The notes under the pieces are model-generated. The model was not told where the DNA came from and did no database searches. It saw only the letters and a program-made list of their open reading frames with translations. From Eledone cirrhosa (lineage: Eukaryota), in assembly GCA_964016885.1 (NCBI GenBank), contig CAXHJY010001173.1, positions 1 through 64,000 of the forward strand: a DNA stretch of 64,000 nt, in the 5' to 3' direction. Shown one piece after another: positions 38,230-51,254 of the stretch; within the stretch, counting starts at the first letter, position 1, and each line of letters starts with the position of its first letter. Both the position numbers and the translations under genes were made by a program.

Positions 38230-41200
38230 GTTGATGGTAGTAGTAGTAGTGGTGGTGGTAGTGGTGTTGATGGTGGTAGTAGTAGTAGTGGTGATGGTAG
38301 TGGTAGTGGTGGTGGTAGTAGTAGTGGTTATGGTAGTGGTGTTGATGGTGGCAGTAGTAGTGGTGATGGTAGTGGTGTTGATGGTGGTAGTAGTAGTGGT
38401 GATGGTAGTGGTGGTGATAGTGGTGTTGATGGTGGTAGTAGTGGTGATGGTAGTGGTGGTGTTGATGGTGGTAGTAGTAGTGGTGATGGTAGTGGTGGTG
38501 TTGATGGTGGTAGTAGTAGTGGTGATGGTAGTGGTGGTGTTGATGGTGGTAGTAGTAGTGGTGATGGTAGTGGTGATGATGGTGGTAGTAGTAGTGGTGG
38601 TGGTAGTGGTGATGATGGTGGTAGTAGTAGTGGTGATGGTAGTGGTGTTGATGGTGGTAGTAGTAGTGGTGATGGTAGTGGTGGTGATGGTGGTAGTAGT
38701 AGTGGTGATGGTAGTGGTGTTGATGGTGGTAGTAGTAGTGGTGATGGTAGTGGTGGTGATGGTGGTGGTAGTAGTAGTAGTGGTGATGGTAGTAGTGGTG
38801 TTGATGGTGGTAGTAGTAGTGGTGGTGATGGTAGTGGTGTTGATGGTGGTAGTAGTAGTAGTGGTGGTAGTGGTGTTGATGGTGGTAGTAGTAGTGGCGA
38901 TGGTAGTGGTGGTGTTGATGGTGGTAGTAGTAGTGGTGATGGTAGTAGTGGTGTTGATGGTGGTAGTAGTAGTGGTGATGGTAGTGGTGGTGGTGATGGT
39001 GGTAGTAGTAGTGGCGATGGTAGTGGTGGTGATGGTGGTAGTAGTAGTGGTGGTAGTGGTGTTGATGGTGGTAGTAGTAGTGGTGATGGTAGTGGTGTTG
39101 ATGGTAGTAGTAGTAGTGGTGGTGGTAGTGGTGTTGATGATGGTAGTAGTAGTGGTGGTGGTAGTGGTGTTGATGGTGGTAGTAGTAGTGGTGATGGTAG
39201 TGGTGTTGATGGTGGTAGTAGTAGTGGTGGTGGTAGTGGTGTTGATGGTGGTAGTAGTAGTGGTGATGGTAGTGGTGTTGATGGTGGTAGTAGTAGTGGT
39301 GATGGTGGTAGTAGTAGTGGTGATGGTAGTGGTGTTGATGGTGGTAGTAGTAGTGGTGATGGTGGTAGTAGTAGTGGTGATGGTAGTGGTGTTGATGGTG
39401 GTAGTAGTAGTGGTGGTGGTAGTCGTGGTGGTGATGGTGGTAGTAGTAGTAGTGGTGGTAGTGGTGTTGATGGTGGTAGTAGTAGTGGTGTTGGTAATGG
39501 TGGTGATGGTGGTAGTAGTAGTGGTGGTGGTAGTAGTGGTGGTGATGGTGGTAGTAGTAGTGGTGATGGTAGTGGTAGTGGTAGTAGTAGTGGTGGTGGT
39601 AGTAGTGGTGGTGATGCTGGTAGTAGTAGTGGTGTTGATGGTGGTAGTAGTAGTGGTAGTGGTGTTGATAGTGGTAGTAGTAGTGGTGGTGGTAGTAGTA
39701 GTGGTGGTGGTAGTGGTGTTGATGGTGGTAGTAGTAGTGGTGATGGTAGTGGTGTTGATGGTGGTAGTAGTAGTGGTGATGGTGGTAGTAGTAGTGGTGT
39801 TGGTAGTGGTGTTGATGGTGGTAGTAGTAGTGGTGTTGGTAGTGGTGTTGATGGTGGTAGTAGTAGTGGTGGTGGTAGTGGTGTTGATGGTGGTAGTAGT
39901 AGTGGTGTTGTTGGTGGTAGTAGTAGTGGTGATGGTAGTGGTGTTGATGGTGGTAGTAGTGGTGGTGGTAGTAGTATTGGTGGTGATAGTAGTAGTGGTG
40001 ATGGTAGTGGTGTTGATGGTGGTAGTAGTAGTGGTGTTGGTAGTGGTGGTGATGGTGGTATTAGTAGTGGTGATGGTAGTGGTGTTGATGGTGGTAGTAG
40101 TAGTCGTGGTCGTAGTGGTAGTGGTGGTGGTAGTGGTGGTGGTAGTAGTGGTGATAGTGGTGTTGATGGTGGTAGTAGTAGTGGTGATGGTGGTGGTGGT
40201 GATGGTGGTAGTAGTAGTGGTGATGGTGGTGGTGGTGATGGTGGTAGTAGTAGTGGTGATGGTAGTGGTGTTGATGGTGGTAGTAGTAGTGGTGGTGGTA
40301 GTGGTAGTGGTGGTGGTAGTAGTAGTGGTGATGGTGGTGGTGGTGATGGTGGTAGTAGTAGTGGTGATGGTAGTGGTGGTGATGGTGGTAGTAGTAGTGG
40401 TGATGGTGGTAGTGGTGATGGTAGTGGTGTTGATGGTGGTAGTAGTAGTGGTGGTGGTAGTGGTGTTGATGGTGGTAGTAGTAGTAGTGTTGATGGTAGT
40501 GGTGGTGGTAGTAGTAGTGGTGATGGTAGTGGTGTTGATGGTGGTAGTAGTAGTGGTCATGGTAGTGGTGGTGATGGTGGTAGTAGTAGTGGTGATGGTG
40601 GTGGTGTTGATGGTGGTAGTAGTAGTGGTGATGGTAGTGGTGGTGATGGTGGTAGTAGTAGTGGTGATGGTAGTGGTGGTGATGGTGGTAGTAGTAGTGG
40701 TGATGGTAGTGGTGTTGATGGTGGTAGTAGTAGTGGTGATGGTAGTGGTGGTGATGGTGGTAGTAGTAGTGGTGATGGTGGTGGTGTTGATGGTGGTGGT
40801 AGTAGTAGTGGTGATGGTAGTGGTGGTGATGGTGGTAGTAGTAGTGGTGATGGTAGTGGTGGTGATGGTGGTAGTAGTAGTGGTGATGGTAGTGGTGTTG
40901 ATGGTGGTAGTAGTAGTGGTGATGGTAGTGGTGTTGATGGTGGTAGTAGTAGTGGTGATGGTAGTGGTGGTGATGGTGGTAGTAGTAGTGGTGGTGGTAG
41001 TAGTGGTGGTGATGGTGGTAGTAGTAGTGGTGATGGTAGTGGTAGTGGTAGTAGTAGTGGTGGTGGTAGTAGTGGTGGTGATGCTGGTAGTAGTAGTGGT
41101 GATGGTAGTGGTGTTGATGGTGGTAGTAGTAGTGGTAGTGGTGTTGATGGTGGTAGTAGTAGTGGTGATGGTAGTGGTGGTGATGGTGGTAGTAGTAGTA

Positions 41201-43940
41201 GTGGTGGTAGTGGTGTTGATGGTGGTAGTAGTAGTGGTGTTGGTAGTGGTGGTGATGGTGGTAGTAGTAGTGGTGATGGTAGTGGTAGTGGTGTTGATGG
41301 TGGTAGTAGTAGTGGTGGTGGTAGTGGTGTTGATGTTGGTAGTAGTAGTGGTGATGGTAGTGGTGTTGATGGTGGTAGTAGTAGTGGTGTTGGTAGTGGT
41401 GTTGATGGTGGTAGTAGTAGTGGTGGTGGTAGTGGTGTTGATGGTGGTAGTAGTAGTGGTGTTGTTGGTGGTAGTAGTAGTGGTGATGGTAGTGGTGTTG
41501 ATGGTGGTAGTAGTAGTGGTGGTGGTAGTAGTATTGGTGGTGATAGTAGTAGTGGTGATGGTAGTGGTGTTGATGGTGATAGTAGTAGTAGTGATGGTGG
41601 TGGTGTTGATGGTGGTAGTAGTGGTGTTGGTAGTGGTGGTGATGGTGGTAGTAGTAGTGGTGATGGTAGTGGTGTTGATGGTGGTAGTAGTAATGGTGGT
41701 GGTAGTGGCAGTGGTGGTGGTGGTAGTAGTGGTGGTGGTAGTAGTAGTGGTGATAGTGGTGTTAATGGTGGTAGTAGTAGTGGTGATGGTGGTGATGGTG
41801 GTAGTAGTAGTGGTGATGGTGGTGGTGATGGTGGTAGTAGTAGTAGTGGTGGTAGTGGTGTTGATGGTGGTAGTAGTAGTGGTGATGGTAGTGGTGTTGA
41901 TGGTGGTAGTAGTAGTGGTGGTGGTAGTGGTAGTGGTGGTGGTAGTAGTAGTGGTGATGGTGGTGGTGGTGATGGTGGTAGTAGTAGTGGTGATGGTAGT
42001 GGTGGTGATGGTGGTAGTAGTAGTGGTGATGGTGGTGGTGGTGATGGTGGTAGTAGTAGTGGTGATGGTAGTGGTGTTGATGGTGGTAGTAGTAGTGGTG
42101 GTGGTAGTGGTGTTGATGGTGGTAGTAGTAGTAGTGGTGATGGTAGTGGTGGTGGTAGTGGTGGTGGTAGTAGTAGTGGTGATGGTAGTGGTGTTGATGG
42201 TGGTAGTAGTAGTGGTGATGGTGGTGGTGGTGATGGTGGTAGTAGTGGTGATGGTGGTGGTGATGGTGGTAGTAGTAGTAGTGGTGGTAGTGGTGTTGAT
42301 GGTGGTAGTAGTAGTGTTGATGGTGGTAGTAGTAGTAGTGATGGTAGTGGTGGTGATGGTGGTAGTAGTAGTGGTGATGGTAGTGGTGGTTATGGTGGTA
42401 GTAGTAGTGGTGATGGTGGTGGTGTTGATGATGGTGGTAGTAGTAGTGGTGATGGTAGTGGTGTTGATGGTGGTAGTAGTAGTGGTGATGGTGGTGGTGT
42501 TGATGGTGGTAGTAGTAGTGGTGATGGTAGTGGTGGTGATAGTGGTGTTGATGGTGGTAGTAGTAGTGGTGATGGTAGTGGTGTTGATGGTGGTAGTAGT
42601 AGTGGTGATGGTAGTGGTGGTGATGGTGGTAGTAGTAGTGGTGATGGTAGTGGTGGTGATGGTGGTAGTAGTAGTGGTGATGGTAGTGGTGGTGATGGTG
42701 GTAGTAGTAGTGGTGATGGTGGTAGTAGTAGTGGTGATGGTGGTGGTGTTGATGGTGGTGGTAGTAGTAGTGGTGATGGTAGTGATGGTGGTAGTAGTAG
42801 TGGTGATGGTAGTGGTGTTGATGGTGGTAGTAGTAGTGGTGGTGGTAGTAGGGGTGGTGATGGTGGTAGTAGTAGTAGTAGTGGTGGTAGTGGTGTTGAT
42901 GGTGGTAGTAGTAGTGGTGATGGTAGTGGTGTTGATGGTGGTAGTAGTAGTGGTGATGGTAGTGGTGGTGATGGTGGTAGTAGTAGTGGTGATGGTAGTG
43001 GTGGTGATGGTGGTAGTAGTAGTGGTGATGGTAGTGGTGGTGATGGTGGTAGTAGTAGTGGTGATGGTAGTGGTGTTGATGGTGGTGGTAGTAGTAGTGG
43101 TGATGGTAGTGATGGTGGTAGTAGTAGTGGTGATGGTAGTGGTGTTGATGGTGGTAGTAGTAGTGGTGGTGGTAGTAGGGGTGGTGATGGTGGTAGTAGT
43201 AGTAGTAGTGGTGGTAGTGGTGTTGATGGTGGTAGTAGTAGTGGTGATGGTAGTGGTGTTGATGGTGGTAGTAGTAGTGGTGATGGTAGTGGTGTTGATG
43301 GTGGTAGTAGTAGTGGTGATGGTAGTGGTGGTGATGGTGGTAGTAGTAGTGGTGATGGTAGTGGTGGTGATGGTGGTAGTAGTAGTGGTGATGGTAGTGG
43401 TGGTGATGGTGGTAGTAGTAGTGGTGATGGTGGTGGTGATGGTAGTGGTGGTGATGGTGGTAGTAGTAGTGGTGATGGTGGTGGTGATGGTAGTGGTGGT
43501 GATGGTGGTAGTAGTAGTGGTGATGTTAGTGGTGGTGATGGTGGTAGTAGTGGTGGTGGTAGTGGTGTTGACGGTGGTAGTAGTAGTGGTGATGGTAGTG
43601 GTGGTGATGGTGTTAGTAGTAGTGGTGATGGTGGTAGTAGTAGTGGTGATGGTAGTGGTGGTGATGGTGGTAGTAGTGGTGGTGGTAGTGTTGATGATGG
43701 TGGTAGTAGTGGTGGTGGTAGCAGTGGTGTTGATGGTAGTGGTGTTGATGGTGGTAGTAGTAGTGATGGTAGTAGTGATGGTAGTAGTAGTGGTGATGGT
43801 AGTAGTGATGGTAGTAGTAGTGGTGTTGATGGTAGTAGTAGTGGTGTTGATGGTATTATTGTGGTGATTGTAGTGTTGGTAGTTGTATTGATGGTGGTGT
43901 CGGTGGTGCTGTTGATGGTGGTAGTGTTGTTGATGTTTGT
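38230..43940. repeat. 5.7-kb cryptic (GGT/AGT/GAT/GTT)n trinucleotide tract
   Basis: Direct inspection; source of the 1878-aa V/M and 809-aa T-rich ORFs. Confidence 0.95.
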
Positions 43941-43967
43941 AGTCACTGTATAGTGTCTTTTAATGTC

Positions 43968-44122
43968 GGTGATTAATTGGTAGAATTGGTAGAGCATCAG
44001 ATAAAATGCTATTGTGGTATTTGCTCTGTCAGTGTACGTTCTGAGTTCAAATCTTGCCAAGGTCAATTCAGTCTTTCATTCTTCAAGGGTCAATAAAATA
44101 AAGTACCAGTCATGTACTGGTG
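43968..44122 (+). mobile_element. Diverged tRNA-derived SINE
   Basis: GAGTTCAAATCTT B box and degenerate core. Confidence 0.7.
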
Positions 44123-44179
44123 TAAGATTTAATCAAATTTTCTGGTCAATCTAGGGAAGAAACAGAATACTGTGCATTG

Positions 44180-44647
44180 GTTGAAGCATCCATCTTGTTT
44201 GCTCTACCTTCTCCTCTACCCCCCCCCCCCCCCGCATACTCTCCCATGTCATAACATCCCTCCCTTCATCCACTTCCTCCTTGCACCTCCCATGTCCTAA
44301 CACCTCACCCTTCATCCATATCCTCATACCCCCCCCCCCCCACCTTCTCCACATAAGTGCCCCCACCCTAGTTCTAAATCACCAATCAATCCCATTGTAC
44401 CTCCTCCATCCACCCAGCCCCCACACTGTAAAGTGGTACTGTGTAGGTGACACAACAGAAAGGCACCCAGCACTCACTGTAAATGTGGTTGGCATTAGGA
44501 AGGACACCCAGCTGTAGAAACCAAGCCAAAAAATGCAGTTCTGTGTGAGCAAGGTGTGCTCACCTGACCTGATTGTCTCCCAACAGGACAAGTCGTCTAA
44601 CCCATGTTAGCATAGAGAAATAAAACAATGATGATGATGATGATGAT
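44180..44647 (+). mobile_element. Old RTE 3' UTR fragment
   Basis: GGTTGGCATTAGGAAGGACACCCAGCTGTAGAAA motif and (TGA)n tail; similar to 21750-22140. Confidence 0.7.
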
Positions 44648-44692
44648 TCCTGCAGGTTGATAAATGTTGCAACTGTACTACTACCACTACTT

Positions 44693-44772
<80 letters not shown>

Positions 44773-44775
<3 letters not shown>

Positions 44776-45118
44776 TGTTTCTACTTTTGGCACAAAGCCA
44801 GCAATTATCCCAGTGTATTACTGGTACTTTATTTTATCGACCCCCGTAAGGATGAAAGGCAAAGTTAACCTCGGCGGGATTTGAACTCAGTCCGTAATAA
44901 TAATAATAATAACAATAATAATAATAATAATTGTTTCTACTTTTGGCATAAGGCCAGCAATTACCCGGTACATTACTGGTACTTTATTTTATCGACCCCG
45001 TAAGGATGAAAGGCAAAGTTAACCTCGGTGGGATTTGAACTCAGATCATAAAGGGACGCAGTAACTCTATGCTTCAAAGCATGGCGTCCGACCTTCTTAC
45101 GATACTGCCAATCCACCA
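44773..45118 (-). mobile_element. Two tRNA-derived SINE copies within (TAA)n
   Basis: Reverse complement of SINE core and B box (GGATTTGAACTC). Confidence 0.85.
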
Positions 45119-45127
45119 ATGCTTTCT

Positions 45128-45475
45128 TTATAAACCACAAGGGTTGACATAAAGTATAACATTAACGACAGTACAGGATGGAAGAAATGGGCATTTCTGC
45201 ATGTAAAAAAACAAAAAAAAAAAACAAAGGATGTAACAAAGAAAAATTCCCCAATAGGGAGGTGACTTCTGAGGGTCGCTCGTGGAGAAAGCCCACAAAA
45301 AAGCCACAGTCACCCTGACTGCTAGGTCAAGCACCCTCTCCCAGTTTTCCTCTTAGGATATTGCAGGCACTTGTTCAGGGTAGGCCCATTCATACAGACC
45401 ATTGTTGCCTCTTTCACCTACCTTTCAACAAATTTTTCTTTTCAGGTGAAGCCTGAAAAAGTTAATGAGGGCGTC
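45128..45475 (-). mobile_element. Tx1/L1-like LINE 3' remnant
   Basis: Minus translation ALINFFRLHLKRK...ENWERV; related to 49372-49785. Confidence 0.45.
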
Positions 45476-45479
45476 ACCG

Positions 45480-46520
45480 AAGAGGTAAGTGCCTGTCTTC
45501 AACCCTTTCAGATGTGTCCACCATACATTCAGGTGGAGAATCCTTGGGAGGCATGAAGATGAATAGAGGTATCTTCCAGGGAGATAGTTTGTCCCCTTTG
45601 TTGTCTGTCCTTACCGTCAGACCCTTGTCCCTCATATTGTGAAAAGTGAGAGCAGGATACAAGCTGGGAAGAGGAGAGCTTACCATCAATCACCTCCTGG
45701 ACGATATGGACGATCTAAAACTCTTTGGGAAAAGTGAGAAGGAGTTGGATGTACTTGTTGTCATTGTTGTTAATAAGTGTGGAGTCCTAGTGATGAAGAG
45801 GGGTAAATTGAGCAGAAGCAACGGAATCCAGGTACCAACAGGTGAGATGATAAAGGAAATTGACACTGAAGAGGGATACAAATATTTGGGTGTTCTGGAG
45901 GCAGACAACATCAAGAACAAAAAAATGAAGGAATTGATAAACTCTGAATACATAAGGAGAGTAAGGAACATTCTAAAATCACATCTAAATAGTAGGAATG
46001 TCATGAGTGCAGTAAATTCCCCAGCCGTGTCTATTATTAGGTACAGTGCGGGAATTCTGAAATGGAATGTTACTGAACAAAAAGAAATGGATAGGAAGAC
46101 TAGGAAGCTAATGACTACCTACAGCATGTTCCACAAGAGGAGTGATGTTGATAGACTCTACTTAAAGAGATTTGAAGGTGGAAGAGGTCTTATCAGCATA
46201 GAGGACTGTGTTCAGATGGAGAAAAACAGTCTGCACAAATATGTCTGACAGTAGGGAGCCAATGCTCAAAGTTGTACTGAAGGAGAAGACAATAGACCAG
46301 GGGATGTCCAAGGAGGAAGTAACAACAAGGAGGAAGAGCAACCTTCATGAAAAAACCCTTCATAGTACCTTCTTTAAGAAAACGGAATTCTGAGATCCAC
46401 CATAGAACTGGTTAAAAAGAGGGGACCTTAACAAAGCTACAGAAGGAATGCTAATGGCTGCACAAGAGCAAGCCCTCAGAAGAAAGTGGGTGGAACACCA
46501 TATTGACAAGGAGGAGGAAA
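45480..46520 (+). mobile_element. R4/Dong-like non-LTR RT fragment (decayed)
   Basis: RGIFQGDSLSPLL, INHLL..MDDLKLF, YKYLGVLE, DVDRLYLKRFEGGRGLISIED, TEGMLMAAQEQAL. Confidence 0.85.
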
Positions 46521-46524
46521 TTGT

Positions 46525-47560
46525 TAGGCAATGAGATAGACAGATGGTGTCAAATACTAAGGCATACCCCGGGGAAGAATGTACCCCACAGCATAGGTTA
46601 GTCATTAGTGACATCTCAATAAGCAAGAGACAGAATGAGGCATACAGGAAGGTGTGGAAAAGAAATGTCTGGAAGCTAAAAGACCTTTCACTAAAATATA
46701 AATTTAGAAAAGCACTTCAAGATGTGTATGACGAAAAAGAAGATGAGTTAGAATCGTATGACATAGATGATAACTGGAATTTCTTACATGAAAACTTACT
46801 GCAGGCTACTGAAGAAACTTGTGGCTAGAGCAGAGCTCCGACTAGACAGAGAGTGACCTGGTGGTGGAACAGCAAGGTAGATAGGGGCATTAGAGACAAA
46901 AGACTAGCAGGTCCAAGAGGCAATTAAAGAAATGAAAAGTGGTAAGACTGCTGGACCATCGAGGATAGTTGCTGAGATACTGAAGGCATCAGGAGAAGTA
47001 GGCACTAAACTGGTTGCACACATCATCAATCAAGCTATATATGGCGGAGTCATACCCAAAGACTGGTGCAGCAGTACTCTCATAAATTGCTACAAAAGTA
47101 AAGGGGATGCTCTGGAGAGGAGCAATTATAGAGGCATATAACTGATGGATCAGGTTATGAAAGTGACAGAAAGAATACTAGCGCAACTAATTAGAGAAAT
47201 GGTCAAATTAGATGAGATGTAGTTTGGTTTTGTACCTGGGAAAAATACAACAGATGCTCTCTTCTTAGTCAGACAACTACAAGAGAGGTCCTTAGAGAAG
47301 AATAAGCCACTATACTTAGCTTTTGTTGACCTAGAGAAGGCCTTTGATAGAGTACCCCAATCTGTCATCTGGTGGTCCCTAAGGAAACTAGGTGTAGAGG
47401 AATGGTTTGTGAGGACAGTGCATGCTTTGTACAGAGGTGCTGTCAGTAAAGTGAGAGTAGGTATGAAGTTTAGTGGGGGCTTTCCAGATACAATTAGGAG
47501 TACATAAGGGCTCAGTCCTCAGTCCGCTCTTGTTCATTATAGTCCACCAAACGATAATAG
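46525..47560 (+). mobile_element. Decayed RTE fragment with internal deletion (~46910)
   Basis: NTKAYPGEECTPQHRLV, then jump to MKSGKTAGPSRIVAE, LAFVDLEKAFD; several stops. Confidence 0.85.
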
Positions 47561-47644
47561 AGGAGGTAGCGGCTTGATGTTCATCCGAACAAACTTTCCA
47601 GTTAAATAACATCAATGACTGAGATTCAAAGAACAATAATAATA

Positions 47645-49368
47645 ACAAATGGATATAAAATAGATAACAGACACTACAGTTACCTTCTTTATATGGATGA
47701 TATCAAGCTACTTGGAAACAATGAGGGGCAGCTGGAAGGTTTACTGCACACACTGAAACAATTCAGTGATATGGAATCTAGACTGGACAAGTGTGCAAAA
47801 GCCACATTCAAGAGAGGGTTGCTCCCTAACCATAAAGATATTGTCATAGACCAACAAACTACCATAAAGGAACTTAACAATGAAGAGTTTTACAAATACC
47901 TTGGAGTTAATGAAGGAGATGGAATCAGCAAGTAAGTTTGAAGGAAAAGATATGGAAGGAGTACATAAGGGGAGTGAGACTGGTAACAAAAAGTGAGTTA
48001 AACTCCTGAAACAAGTTCAAAGCCATTAACAGTCTCACAGTACCAGTTATAACATACAGCTTTAACATCATAAACTGGAACCTGCAAGAACTATAAAGGT
48101 TGGACACTAAGACAAGGAAACTATTGACAACGGAAAAAATACATCACCATAAAGCTGATGTACATAGGCTATATATCTCTTGGCGAGAAGGTGGCAGGGG
48201 GCTCCGACAACTGGAAGCTGCATAAAGTGAAGGTGTCAGGAGGCTCCAACAACTGGAAGCTGCATACAAAACAGAAACCATTGGATTGGATAGCTACCTC
48301 CACCACACCTGAGATGAACCCCTGATGCCTGTACTCAAGCATGAACAAATTAAGAAACTACACTCAATATCAAAAGAGGCAAGAAAATTTAGGCAAAAAC
48401 TGAACATGGAGCAAGACATACCCATAGAAAATCAACAACAGAGTGTTGCACAACTAGCTATGACTGTGAAGATCAAAGCAATGAAACTCCAAACAGAGGA
48501 ACTAAACCATGAATGGAAGGCAAAACCACTACATGGTAGATTCCCAGAACAACTTTCTGATAATGATATTGATCAGCATGGCTCACTATCCTGGCTCAGA
48601 AGTGCTGGTTTGAAAGCAGAGACTGAAGGACCCTTAGTTGCTGCACAAGACCAATCTTTAAACACTCGGGCCTATAGACACAGAATAGTGAAAGATGGAA
48701 CTAGCCCTCTATGTAGAATATGCTACAAACATGAAGAAATGGTAGATCATGTTATCTCCGGGTGTCCAGAGCTGGCAAAAACTGACTATATTGAAAGACA
48801 CAACTGCATTGCTAGATTTGTGCACTGGATGCTCTGCCACTCTCATGACATCCAAACTTCTAGCAAATGGTATGAACATCAACCAAAAACAGTCATGGAA
48901 AAAGGCAACATATCCATCTTGTAGGATATGCCTGTGATAACCGACCAAGAAATTGCTGCCAACAGACCAGATATCATAAAAACAAAACAGATCAGACATG
49001 TAGCCTTATAGATATTTCCATACCAGCTGACAAGATTATATCTATAAAAACAATGGAGAAACTGTCAAAATACAAAGACCTGGAAATAGAGATCAACCAC
49101 ATATGGAGGATGACCACAAACACTAACCCTGGGGTAATAGGGGCATTAGGATTAATACCCAAATCCTCAGACCTACACCTTAGCGTCCTTCCCTGCAAGA
49201 TCAGCAAATATGAGCTACAGAAGATGAGGCTACTAGGAACAACACACATTCTCAGACAAGTTCTCTCTCTACAATGGAAACCTCTATTGCCCTAGGTTCA
49301 AGGCCTGAACCTGGTAATAGATAAACAGAACTGAGCTAAACAAAATAACAACAACAATAATAATAATA
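47645..49368 (+). mobile_element. R4/Dong-like 3' half with CCHC finger and restriction-like endonuclease (decayed)
   Basis: YMDDIKL, AETEG..AAQDQSL, CRICYKHEEMVDHVISGC, RHN, RPD..IDISIP..EKLSKYKDL; (TAA)-like repeats at both ends. Confidence 0.85.
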
Positions 49369-49371
49369 TTT

Positions 49372-49785
49372 ATTGGCCACAAGGTCCGACATGTAGGGGA
49401 CAATACAAAGACAGGGACAGTGGGGGGTTTACAATAAGATTGAATAAAAATCCACAATAACAAAACCAATTTAACAATAAAAAATATAAAATAAATGAGG
49501 TATAACAATAACAAAATAAATTCCCCCAAAGGTGGTGGTGGGGGTGAACCATGCTGAGGCGCCTCAGGTACCCCACCAATCCTGAAACACCCGACGCTTC
49601 GAGGGCACCCCTATCCCCTTCAAATTCACCAGCCTACAGGCGTATGATCAGAGTAGGCCCCCCTCACACGGGCCATTCTCACCACATTCTACCTTTTAAC
49701 AAATGTACTGGGGGGGCAGGGCAGCACTTCTCTCTTCACCCTCACCTTCCTTTCCAGGTGAAACTTGAAGTTGATGAGGGATTGG
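49372..49785 (-). mobile_element. Tx1/L1-like LINE 3' remnant
   Basis: Minus translation SLINFKFHLERKVRVKREVL. Confidence 0.45.
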
Positions 49786-50295
49786 ATGAAAATGGGGGTG
49801 GTTTGAGTGGAGGAAGGTGGGGGTGGTTTGAGTGGAGGAAAGTGGGGGTGGTGGGGTGGTTTCGGTGGGGTGGGTAGGGGTGGTTTCGGTGGAGGAAAGT
49901 GGGGGTGGTGGTTTGAGTGGAGGAAGGTGGTGGGTGGTTTGAGTGGAGGAAGGTGGTGGGTGGTTTGAGTGGAGGAAAGTGGGGGTGGTTTGAGTGGAAG
50001 AAAGTGGAGGGGGGAGTGGGGGGGTGAAAGTGGGGGTGGTTTGGGTGGTGAAAAGTGGGGGGTGAGTGGAGGAAAGTGGGGGTGGTTTGGGTGGAGGAAA
50101 GTGGGGGTGGTTTGAGTGGAGGAAAGAGGGGTGGATTGAGTGGAGGAAAGTGGGGGTGGTTAGAGTGGAGGAAAATGGGGGGGGTCGTTTGAGTGGAGGA
50201 AGGTTGGGGTTGTTTGAGTGGAGGAAAATGGGGGTGGTTTGGGTGGAGGAAAGTGGAGGTGGTTTGAGTGGGTGTGGTTTGAGTGGAGGAAAGTG
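49786..50295. repeat. G-rich ~25-bp degenerate minisatellite
   Basis: Unit GTTTGAGTGGAGGAAAGTGGGGGTG. Confidence 0.85.
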
Positions 50296-50543
50296 ATTGG
50301 GCGAATATGTGTGTGTGTATGTGTGGTTATGGTGGGGGTGGGTGGGTGGGGCGGGGGTAGGTGTGGTGAAAATAAGGATATCAGGTGTGTTTAATATCTA
50401 CCTACCTACCTGGTAGTTATATATACACTAGCTTAAGGATGAAAAGAACATGTATAACACATATGTGTCTGCAAGGGTGTGTGTTGTGTGTTTGAAAGTG
50501 TGTGTGTGAGTATGTGTGTGACTGTGAGTGTGTGAGTATGTGT

Positions 50544-50578
<35 letters not shown>

Positions 50579-50631
50579 TGTGTGTGTGAGTGTGTGTGTG
50601 TGAGTATGTGTGTGTGAGTGAGTGGGTGTAT

Positions 50632-50711
<80 letters not shown>

Positions 50712-51254
50712 ATGGATAATGCTCTTTTTGGCAGGTATCTGAGAGAAAAGGTGAGTGAATTGGAGGGAAGCTAACGAAACTATGATGAAATAATGGCCCA
50801 GCTTTGGTGATTCTGTTGTTGCTAGATCCAAGACAAACCTCCATTCAGCAATCATAAATCCAAAGGTTTCTTAGATATTAAATACAAAAGGTAGAAGGAA
50901 AATTGCTCTTAAAACTGAGACAGTTATTGGTCAACACTAACACTACACTAACATACAGCTGAGGGCCACAGGTGTGTTTTCACTGCTCAGCTAAGGTACA
51001 TTCCATTTTCATTTCAATCTCTGGGCAGTGGCTATAACCCCAGTTTTTCATGATATATTTCCAGCTTTTACTTTCATTCCCAGCAGAAAGTTCCACTGGG
51101 CATTACCTCTAAAAGCAGCAATAAATTGAATATAAAAACTTATTATTTATCCCAAGACAACACATTTTGAAGAGATTCTAGTACCTTTGAGAAATCTGAT
51201 TATTTCATACAAAGTTCAATGTCAGCTTATGTATCTGGTTTAGAATAGGTACTC

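Noticed and set aside
38131-44066. 1878-, 809- and 558-aa ORFs
   Set aside because: Same low-complexity tract open in several frames and both strands
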